63,737 nt of DNA from Chiloscyllium plagiosum (Eukaryota): assembly GCF_004010195.1 (NCBI RefSeq), contig NC_057750.1, forward strand, positions 18,923,860-18,987,596. The letters are read 5' to 3'. Made by a program: the position numbers and the translations under genes. Below, piece after piece: positions 39,593 through 50,180 of the stretch. The notes beneath the pieces were generated by a model. The model was not told the origin of the DNA. It ran no database searches and worked only from the letters and a program-made list of their open reading frames with translations. How positions within the stretch are numbered: the first letter of the stretch is position 1; each line of letters opens with the position of its first letter.

Positions 39593-40611
39593 ACAGGATC
39601 ATTACAGCGTAAAAGGAAACGATTCAGCTAATCAAGTCTGCATTCTAACTTAGTTAGACATCTCCTGCTGTTTCCTGGTGGCTTGCGCATTATTTTTGTT
39701 TAGATACACATCTAAGTCGCTCTTGTGTACCTCAGTAAAACCTGCCTCCGCAACAGTTCCGAGTACTGCCTTCTATATTCCAATTACTCGCTGTGTTGAA
39801 ACGTATTTCCTTCGGCTCGCATTTATTTCTTTTGCAAAACAGCTCTAAAGAATACCCTCTGGTCCTCGATCTTTTTCTAAGTGGGAACTTTTTCTCCCTA
39901 TCTACCCTGTCAACGTCCGTCGCTTTTCAAACCTTCTGTCAAATCCTCGTTTGCCTTCTCCTCACCAAGGAGACCAATTTCAATGTTTTTGGTCTATCCC
40001 CAGAACTGAAATGGAACCATTCTTATAAACGTTTTCTGCACTCTCTTGATTGCATTCACTGCTTCGAGCCCAGGCCTGTTCCCAATGCTGCAGCTGAGCT
40101 CTAACCATTGCCTTAATTAAATGCACAAAAATCTCCCTGCTCTTGCACTTTACCTCCTTACTTATGAAGGTTAGAAATTTGTATGTTTTAATAACGGCTC
40201 TGTCCATCATCTTCAATGGCTTACACACAGGTCACTCTGCTCCTGCACATCCTGTAGAATTTTGCTTTACATTATACTCGCCATGTTTCTCCTGAACCTC
40301 CCTTTGGGATTATTTGTGACTCATAATCGTTCTGTCCTGGCCTTCCAAATCAGAAACATTTTCTGATATGAATCCTTTCATCATTACAAAGAGCTTTATT
40401 AGATACGTTCTCAATATTGTGGTTTCAACAGAAATGGAAGGATTACTTTGAGTCTTTGTTGTAATTTCTCAGTTCTGGGAACCTCCCTGTGTAAGTGCCT
40501 TTTCACGCTTCCAGGTGCTCCTCAATCTGGGTTTGACTAACTCTTTCTCTCAACTGACAGGCAAGGAAAAGCATAGTTTTGACGAAGGCAGCTGTTTCCT
40601 GCCACATTTGG

Positions 40612-41371
40612 AGTATTTGTTGATGTGCGCCCTCTCTCTGAGATGCTGTGAACTCTCCAGGCGCAGTTGGACACGCTTCAGTGATTCAGTCAAAGCTGGA
40701 AATTGGCAGGTGGAATTCAGAGTGATTAGATTAGATTACAGTGTGGAAACAGGCCCTTCAGCCCAACAAGTCCACACCGACCCGCCAAAGCGTAACCCAC
40801 CCATACATTTACCCCTTACCTAACACGGCAGGCAATTTAGCATGGCCAATTCACCTGACCTGCACGTCTTTGTGACAGTGGGAGGAAACCGGAGCACCCG
40901 GAGGAAACCCACGCAGACATGGGGAGAACGTGCAAACTCCACACAGTCAGTCGCCTGAATCAGGAATTGAACCCGAGTCTCTGGTGCTGTGAGGCAGCAG
41001 TGCTAACCACTGTGCCACCGTGCCGCTGGTTTGCAATCACAGACTGTGCAGTAAAGGCAGTGAAATATCAGCTGAGGATCTTTTCCCCGCTTGTTGCCTG
41101 TACCAGTAAATTTAAGAATCGCTGGTGCCCAGCACAGTGCACTTGTGTTCTACTCCCTCTCAAAGATTGCTAGAGATAGTCTGCGAGTCGGCGCCTGAAA
41201 TAAAGAAAACCAGTAAATTGGAACATCCAGGTCAACGTTGAAAAATCGAAAGGGATGTGGGAGTATGAATGAAAGACAAAAAGCAAGGTAGAAAGTAAAG
41301 CTAAGCAGCAGAAAATGTGTGTAAAGCTTCTTATAATGAAAAATGATCATAATGCGGAGTTACAGGTACAT
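40612..41371 (-). pseudogene. TRBV: TCR V pseudogene, family D copy 2, interrupted by a SINE
   Basis: Same leader stop and dead donor as D1; WYRQQAGK and CAWRV remnants; RSS CACAGCA-23-ACAAATACT at 40612-40650. Confidence 0.8.
40725..41026 (-). mobile_element. HE1-like SINE inserted in V pseudogene D2
   Basis: Reverse complement GCGGCACGGTGGCACAGTGGTTAGCAC..GGGTTCAATTCC; (ATCTA)n tail. Confidence 0.85.
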
Positions 41372-43414
41372 CTTGTGTCTGTAATTTCTTGTTAATTAAG
41401 CGATGAGTCGAGAACAAGTGTTTGGGATATTGCACTGATATGCCGGCTTTCTGAGGATTCAATCTTGACAATCAGAAAAAAAATCAATTTGAAACTAATA
41501 CACACAGCAGGAAGAGAGAACAATACTGCCAATGCATCGAGGGCGCGTACCAAGCCCTCTAACTCGTTATCTCCAATTCTTTGAAATTCCCCCTCAATCG
41601 GAGTTAATGAAAATGCAAGCAATCACGTCTGGATTCCCGATTAGCCACAAGTGCATTGACAATATGAGGACTGCAGATGCTGGAGATCACCACAAGACTG
41701 TGGTGCTGGAAAAGCACAGCGGGTCAGGCAGCCTCCGAGAAGGAGGCGAATCAACATTTCGGGCATGAGCCCTTTGTCAGGAATTGTACGTGAGGTACCA
41801 CAAGTAGACATAGCATGACTACTTCTGAACCAAAGCATCAGTTTTGACGAACTCAAAGGGTCTCTCTGTATTTCCGTTTTTTAAATTTCAACAATACACT
41901 TTATTCCTGATGTCACCTCATCTTGAGCTTGACACATTTCAATATTTTTATTGCCAGGAATATGTCTGAGACAATTGCATATACTGATCATAACACCTTT
42001 CAGCTTTTGGGGAAAAAAATGGATAAAAATTCCAAACTGCCGCCATTGAATTTGAAACTAATACACATAGCAGGAAGAGAGAATAATACCGCCAATGCAT
42101 TGTCGTGACTGAAATAGAGGCAGAACCATTTGGAGGCAAGAAAATGACTGAAATGGACTGTAGTACTGGATGCTTGCATGTTTAGAATCAATACGTGGGA
42201 TGTTACTACTTTGGAACAGTTCATTAGTAATAGTTAATATACATTGATTTGTTCAGCATTTCGATGAAGTTATAGCTGAACCAATTATGCTATTTACTAA
42301 TAGCATAAAGCTAAGTGCTATGAAAAATAAAGCCATCTTTGTGAATTGATGGTTCATTTTTAAGGGGTGATCTGTGGTGCTACTATGGCTTTAACAAGTG
42401 CATGTTGTCTTGCTTTTTTATGAAGAAGGTTGAGACAGAGGTGCTGACCAGTCAGCTCGAAGTCAATGAAGTAAACAGCTAGTGAGGCCTTGAGCCTTTT
42501 GTTTAAATTTGGCTCAATAGAAGCAATCGAGGTGGGCAGGATCAAGGTCCCACAGAACCAGGATTTTTAGATTTAACTTATGGCATTTGCTGGGATCTTA
42601 ACTGGTGAAGCTCTTATTCCTCTCTCTGCTACAGCTAAAAGCCGGGTTCTGTTCCTGCTGCTACAATAACATATGAGGCAATCTATTTCACTGAATTTGC
42701 CTTTGTCGGTGTGTCGATGAGATGTTATTATTTTGGAACAGTTCATTAGTAATAGTTAATATACATAGATTTGTTCAGCATTTCGATTAAGTTACAGCTG
42801 AACCAATTCTTTTCTTTACTTTTTTTTATTTTGTCTGTACTTTATCGTGTGTTTTGCTTGAAATGGAATCGTTTGACCAATCAAATTGCATCGGAAAGTA
42901 ACCCCTTATCTTTAATGTAAGGACAGGTTATTGTCCAGACTAGCGTCTTAATATAATTTGAGGGGGTTTGATCTTGTCCATCACCGGAGGATCTCATAGA
43001 AATCCACAAAATAGCTACAGGATTTGAGATGGCTAAACGCAGGAAGTACGTTTCCGATGACCAGAGAGTCCAGAACCAGGGATCACAGTTAATGATAGAG
43101 AGTAGGCCTCTTACGACTGAGAACCACGGGAAATGTATTCAGCAGAACATAATGGACTTCTCTGAGACCAAAAAAAATGCATGTTTTTAGGAAGGAGGTA
43201 GATACAGAAAAGTGTTCGTAAATGTCGTTCAGTTCTTTTCGATAGTTATTGTCCCTCCGCTCTGGTACCATTGCGGTGAAATCATTGTTTTTAAAATCTC
43301 GGGCTGTACATTTGTCTTGTCGCTGTAAATGGGGAGGGAAAGAGAGATGGCGCTTAGGGCTGTCCTCAACAGGGCGAATGAGTGATGTCGTTGACAGCTT
43401 CCTGCTGTCTTTGG

Positions 43415-43453
43415 GGTTTTTGTAGAGCTGCTCCAACTCTCTGAGTCACTGTG
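43415..43453 (-). other. 23-RSS of V B3
   Basis: CACAGTG (43447-43453), 23 nt, ACAAAAACC (43415-43423). Confidence 0.95.
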
Positions 43454-43896
43454 AATACTCCAGGCACAGTAATAAACAGCCGAGTGATGCGCCTGCAGGT
43501 TGCGAGACTCCAGGTTAAAGTCAGAGCCACTCGATCGTGTGGCGGTGAAACCGTCCGCCGCTCCTTCTTCATTCACATTTCCAGTAGCTGCAGAATAAAA
43601 TATCAGCTGCAGCTCCTTTCCCGGGTATTGTCTGTACCAGAACATGTTACCGCTACTCTCACCCTTCACCGTGCACCTCAACTCCACTGCCTTGCCGAGG
43701 GACCTGGAGACGCTGCTGGGAGTCTGATCAACTCTCGCTGTCTTCACGTCAGAGAAAGGGAAAAGGTCAGTAAACAGAGCAATTGTTACCGAGAATGAGA
43801 ATGGAATAGAGCGTAAATGAGGGCTGTTCCCTCAAATTATTAGATGAACAATCATTTACATTGCAATAACGTCATGAGGCTCAGTAAGAGATACAT
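43454..43896 (-). CDS. TRBV: TCR V gene segment, family B copy 3; open V exon and canonical RSS but splice acceptor mutated AG->TG
   Basis: Leader 43860-43896 MYLLLSLMTLLQ; V exon 43454-43749; acceptor at 43750-43751 reads TG. Confidence 0.82.
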
Positions 43897-45989
43897 CTTT
43901 TTTACTTTAAGCTTTTCCTGTATTAACGCGAACAGAGTCCAATCTTGTCTGGAACTGGAACCAGCAGCTTTTAAATCAATGAGAGAAACCTGACGGATTC
44001 CGGAAATGACTTGGGTGTGCACACGCCCCTCCCCCTCTGCTGGAAAGGCCCGTCTCTGTCTCTCTCTGTTTCTTGGTGCAAGTGGAACAGCGGTGAACAG
44101 GAGGTGTCCAAAGGGAAGCGACAGTGGACAAGCCACTGGCAGGTACAGCTCAAGATTGGATTCTGTTGCTTTGTGGGATTCGCGAACACAGTTGCCTGAT
44201 ATTGGCAGTCGACAATTTCTAGCAATTGCTGATACTTTGTTGAATTTGTAAAGAAGCAGCAGTTTCATTAGATTAAGAACGTACCCGACCGTGACAGATG
44301 AGAACACTTCTCCGATCGCGAAACCCTTCTCCAGAATGGAAGAGGCAGAGCAGCAGTTTTGGATGGTGCCTGAAACTTTTGATGATGGTCTTTGTTAATA
44401 AAAGACTTCTTGACCCTAGGGCCAATGTGGAAAACTCCTGGTCTTCTCCCAACTGTATGGGGTTTTGTTTCCCTGGACCCTCTCATTTTTCTCTCGCAGA
44501 TTTCTTCACTCAGTGAACTTGTGGAATTCTCCCCTACCGAAGACTGTGGAGACCTAGTCACAAACTATTCCTTTCTTGAATATATTCAATTTTTAATTCC
44601 AAAGACGTCAGCGGTTTGGGGGAGAAAGCAGGAATTTGGTATTGAAACAGACGATCATCCGTGATTATATTGAATGGCAGATTAGGCTCGAAGATGTGAA
44701 TAACTTACTCTGTTTCCAGCGATGACCTTCCGATGTTAAACAGTTAAAGTCTCCCTTGGCGACTGAAGTTGAGAGATTAACTGATTTGTGCAAATAAAGG
44801 AGGATTTCTTTCCCTCGTTGAGAGTTCTTATTTTCCCTCAGTCAAGATGTCTGGCATTTACTCTCTCCCAAAACGCGGCCAGTTCAAGTCGGAGATTCCT
44901 ATGTTTTAATAGGGTCAGTGTGTAAACGAATGGTTAGTGGAGGTGAGAAGATTGAATTTATGCATTGATCCACTCTAGTCCATTTGATTGGCGGCGCAAG
45001 CTTGAGGAGCAATTTGGTCTCTGTTCCTGTACCAGCCCCAGGTGCATTTCATGGTGCTAAAGTGCCCTCTAGTGCACCAATAGAAAAGTAATTCAAAGTC
45101 GTCCTGAAGTCTGCACTGCTCTCTTCCGATTTCCATTAATTTTCCTTCCATTTTCTATCAATTGCTTCTTTTCAGTGCATTGTTCCGAGTTCATTGTGTT
45201 TCTGCGAATTCCACATTCTTACTATCTCGGCAAAAAAAAAACGCATTTCTCCTGACTTCCCGTTTAGATTTACTCTTAGAGACTATCGTGACCTCGAGTT
45301 TAGAAGTTCCGCAATGCCTAAATTATTGAAAAGCTTCCTGCTTTTCAACAGATACGAACCTACTCAAACTTCCATGGTGGTCGAGAGCTTTATCTTTATT
45401 CAATTTCATACTCACCCTCAGCACTATCACACTACCAAGAAGAATGTAGAGACTTTGAGGGGTTGCAGAAAAGATCTACTGGAACGTTGCCTAGTTTGAA
45501 GGGTTTTATAGCGTCGGAGGATGCAGGGCGATCTGATAGAAGTTTATAATACAATGAACAGTCGAAGTATTTTTCCTCAAGGTAGAAATATTATTTACTT
45601 GGGGACATAAGTTTAAGGCAAAAGGAGTAAGTCTAAAGGAAATGAGAGGCAAGTTTTTTTTGGAAAAAAAAGCTCAGGCTGGCAAGTGTTGGAATGCTAG
45701 TACAGAAGGTGCTGGAGGCGGATGCAACAGCAATTGTTAAGAGTCACTGTGACGCAGGTATGAATAGGCAGGGAATGTGGGATACAGACCGCGTAGAGGT
45801 TTCTAGTTTAGAAAGGCGTCGTGTGTCGGGACAGAATTGAAGGATCCGTTCCTGTGCTCTAGGTTTTGTTCTAACAATATCTCTACACTTTCTATCCCCT
45901 CCATTGTTGCCCATGATTTTATAAAAACAGGAAAAAATGCAAACCCGTCAGGTTTTGATGATAACAGTTGCTTCCTGTCACCGTTTGGG

Positions 45990-46028
45990 GGTTTTTGTTG
46001 AGCTGCTTCCTCTCGCTGAGTCACTGTG
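45990..46028 (-). other. 23-RSS of V C3
   Basis: CACAGTG (46022-46028), 23 nt, ACAAAAACC (45990-45998). Confidence 0.95.
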
Positions 46029-46553
46029 AAGACTCCAGGCGCAGTAATACACGGCTGAGTGATTCGCTTGGAGGTTGGAGGATTTCAGGCTGAACTTGGT
46101 GTTACTCGGTCTGTCAGCGGTGAAACCGTCCACCGACTCCGGTGGATTCACGTACTGTGCTATACTGGAGTAAAACATCAGCTGCAGCTCTTTTCCTGGG
46201 GTCTGGCTGTACCAGTACAAGTAGGGATTACTACTGCTGCTGCCCTCCACATTGCACTCCAGTTTCACTCCCTCTCCGGGAAATTTGGAGACGGCGGCGG
46301 GGTTCTGGTGGATAGTCTGTGATTTCACATCTGAGGAAAAGACGGGGAGAGGAAGAGGTCAGTAAATGGGGATAGAGTCGTGGAGAAAGAAAAAAGATAC
46401 GTAATAAGTGTGGAAAAGAAAGCAATACAGAGACGTAGAATGAGAGCAGGAGTGCAGGATAGCCAGTTGAAAGAAATGTACAGGTTGAAATACGATTGCA
46501 AATTAGAGTTTCTTACAGTGAAACGCGATGACCAGAGCGAGCAACAGATACAT
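46029..46553 (-). CDS. TRBV: TCR V gene segment, family C copy 3, apparently functional and the most TRBV30-like; leader 46517-46553, V exon 46029-46330
   Basis: Leader MYLLLALVIAFH; SQTIHQNP..LECNVEGSSSSNPYLYWYSQ..LQLMFYS..HSAVYYCAWS. Confidence 0.92.
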
Positions 46554-46809
46554 CTTCCACTTTAAGTTTCCCTTTTTTGAGCAATCTTTATCATTGGTGA
46601 GACGGCATTGGAAATACAGTGCACCTCCCCTCCCTCTGATTGAGAGCCTCGCCCTTCCCTTTTGCCCACATTGATAACCCCGCCCCATGCCAGTATCCTC
46701 CCAGCCCCACCCTCCCTGATTGGATGAGAGGGAGCTGCCGGCAGTATGAAGTTGCCAAGACACCTTGAGGGATTGTGGAAGCGCCAGGCTCAAATTCAAT
46801 GTAACCATA

Positions 46810-49800
46810 ACCAAAGGCTGTATGGATCGAGCTCAGTAATAGGAAGAATGCAATCACTTTAACGGGATTCAACTCTCAATAGAAGAACAGATATGTGGAC
46901 AGATGATTGAAAAAAACTGTGACGACAGGATTGATTTGGTGGATGATTTTAACTTTTCCCATATTGATTGGGATTCGCTTAGTGTCAGGTGTTTGGATGG
47001 GGGAGAATAGGTTAGGTGTCCAGGACAGTTTTTTGAAACAATATATCAATAGTCCAACTAGGCAAGGGCCATGCAAGATCTGGTATTGGAGAATGAGACC
47101 GGTCACATGATGGAAATTTCAGTGGAGGAGCATTTTAGGAACAGTAAATCTCATTCTGTAAATGTTAAGTGGATAAGGATAAGAGTAGTCCTTGGGTGAA
47201 AAAAGTATTAAATTAATATTAGACAGGAACTGTTTATTTTAAGGTAAATCCAGCAAGTGAGAATCTTTTAAAGTCCAGTTGAATAGAGTTCAGGACCAGC
47301 ATGTTCTGATGGATGATAAGACTGGGAACCTTGGGCACAAAAGAAGTTGTCAGATGAATTAAAAAATCCATTACGAATACAAAGGGAACAGGAAAGAACT
47401 CAAAGGAATTAGGTGGGATGAAAGGGGCCATAAAACTACTTTGGCAAACAGGATAAAGGGAAAATCCCGAGACATTTCATACATAGGGAGCAAGACAATA
47501 GCTAGGGTTAGGGTAGGTCCACTCAAGGACAGAGGAGATAACTTATAGATGGAGTCAGAAAAAGTGGTTAAGGTCCTTGCTGAGTGCTTTGCACTGGTAT
47601 TCACAAAGGAGGAGGTCATGGTGGATGGCGAGTCTCAGGAGAGTCAGGTTGATCTTCGAGGGCATGTCAATAAGAGAAAGGAGGAGGTTTTGAGTGTTCT
47701 AAAATGCATGAAGGTAAACATATTCTCAGGACCTGATGGATTCTATTTGAAAATGTTGAAGGATGCAGGTGAGGAAATTGGTGGGGCCTTGTATGAAATC
47801 TTTGTATCCGCATTAGTCACAGCAGAGATCCCAGGAAACTGGAGAATAGCCAGTATAACATTCCTTTATTTAAGAAGGGCAACAGGGATAATCCAAAAAC
47901 CTGCAGCCCATTGAGCCTTACATCAGTGGCAGGGAAAGAAATTGGAGAAAATTCGTCGGGATAGGATTTCACTCACATTTGGAAAATATGGATCTATTAA
48001 TGATGTATTTTGTCCAGTTTTTTTTATGAAGGAAGGTTGAGACAGAGGTGTCAAGTAGTCTGCTCAAAACCAATGAAATAAACAGCTCGTAAGACCTTGA
48101 GGTTTTAGTTTCAAGTTGGAACAATTAAAGCAGCTTGAATGTGTAGGGCCAAGATCCCACAGAACCGGATTTTTAGTTTAGATTTTAGTACCTGTTGCTG
48201 AGATCCTGAAGCTGGATGTGGAAGCTCTTATTCCTCCCTCTAGTGCAGCTAAAACCTGGGGTTGTCATCCTGCTGCGAGACATACATGTGAGACAATCGA
48301 TTTTACTGAATTTGCCTTTGCAAGGTGTGTTTATGGTGTGTTACTATATTGGAACAGTTAATGAGTAGTTCATTATTTTGTTCAGCATTTCAATGGTTAC
48401 AGTTAAACCAGTTCCTTTCTTTTATTTTAGTCTGTCTGTACTTTAATTGTAATCTGAGTAAAGTGTGTTTTGCTTCAGACCTGCAGTCTTGATCAATTGA
48501 ATTTTACCCCTTGTTTTTAAAAGAAGAAAGTTAGAGTCCAGGCTATCTCCTTGATATGTTTTGAGGCGGTTTACTCTGGTCCATAACAATAGGCAGCTTG
48601 GACTTTTGTAGGAAAGGTTGTATCTCACAAACTTGATTGAGTTTTTTTTTGAAGAAGTGACAAAGATGTTTGAGGGCAGGGTGGTAGATGGTTTCTATAT
48701 GGGGCATAGCAAGGTCTTTGATAAGTTGGTCAGCTGATACAAAAGGTCACATGTGATCTGCAGTTAGTTAGTTTGAAGGATACAGAACTGGCTTAGTCAT
48801 AGAAGGCAGAGAGTAGCAATGGAAGGCTGTGTATCTGGCTTGAGATTTGTGACCAGTGATGTTCCACAGGAATCAGTGCAGAGAACCCTGTAGTTTGTAA
48901 TATATATAAATGATATGGAGGAAAATGTAGGTTGCCTGATGTCTGAATTTATGGATTACACAAGGATTGAGGGAGCTGCAGATAGTGAGAAGGACTGTTG
49001 GGGGATACAGCAGGATATAGATAAGCTGGAGACATGGGTAGTGAAATGTCAGCTGGATCTGAATCTGGAAAATGCAAGGTGATAGTATTTTGGAAGATCT
49101 AATGCAGGAGGGAAGTATACAGGAAATGGCAGAAATCTGAGTAGCATCAACATACAAAGGGATCTAGGCTTACAGGTCCACAGTTCCCTGAAAGTGGCAA
49201 CACGAGTGGATAAGGTGGTCAAGAAACATATGGCATGTTTGCCTTCATCAATTCGGGCACAAACTATAGAAATTGGCAAATCATGTTGCTGCTGTATAGA
49301 ACTTTAGTTTGGCCACATTTCAAACATTGTGTACAATTACAGCCACCACAACACTAGCAGGATGTGGAGGCTTTTGAGAGGGTACAGTAACAGTTTACAT
49401 AGACATAGAACACAGAACAATACAGCGCAGAACTGGCCCTTCGGCCCTCGATGTTGCACCAACCTGTGAACTATTCTCAGCTCGTCCCCCTACACTATCC
49501 CAAAATCATCCATGTGCTTATCTAAGGATTGTTTAAATCTTCCTAATGTGGCTGAGTTGACTACATTAGCAGGTAGGGTATTCCACGTCCTTACCACTCA
49601 CTGTGTAAAGAACAAGCCTCTGACATCTGTCTTAAATCTATCACCCTTCAATTTGTAATTATGCCCCCTCGTACATGCTGACATCATCATCCTAGGAAAA
49701 AAACTTTCACTGTCTACACCATCTAATCCTCTGATCATCTTGTATGTCTCTATCAAATCAGCATGTAGCCTAGATTGGAGGGTACTAACAATGAGGAGAT

Positions 49801-50180
49801 TTTGGATAAAGTTAATTTGTTTTCACTTGAATCTCAAAAGATGAGGTGCAACCTAAAAAATGTTTATAAAATTGAGAGATGTGGATAGTTGGCATCTTTT
49901 TTCCAGGGTAGACATATCAATTACTAGAACATGTAAGTTTTTAAAAAGATGTGAGAGGCAATCTTTTGTATAGAGGGTGGTAAATACCTGTGATGCGCTG
50001 CCAGGATTGGTGGTTCCAGCAGATGCAATAACCACAGTTAAGAGGTACTTTGCCAGATATGCAAATAGGCAGTGGTTGGAGGGATATGGACCAAGTAGAA
50101 GCAAAACATTTTAATTCAGAATGACATCATATGTCAGTGCAGTCTTGGCAGGCTGAAAGACCTGTTCCTGTGTTGGCCTG
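46810..50180 (+). mobile_element. Old CR1 ORF2 remnant (cassette 3 copy) with nested inverted LINE 3' end at about 49400-49760
   Basis: SGPDGFY..WRIA motifs; collinear with the other cassettes. Confidence 0.8.

Noticed and set aside
40960-41026. tRNA gene
   Set aside because: tRNA-like A/B boxes are the head of a SINE with body and tail attached
11017-46322. Plus-strand ORFs antisense to V exons (11017, 25318, 43451, 46059)
   Set aside because: Shadow frames of the V coding sequence with no independent support
4922-46328. Immunoglobulin VH/VL, IgNAR or NAR-TCR identity for the V segments
   Set aside because: No octamer promoter noticed, no adjacent D/J/C as in shark Ig clusters, and the sequence motifs fit TRBV30-like TCR V better. 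A phylogeny is still needed.
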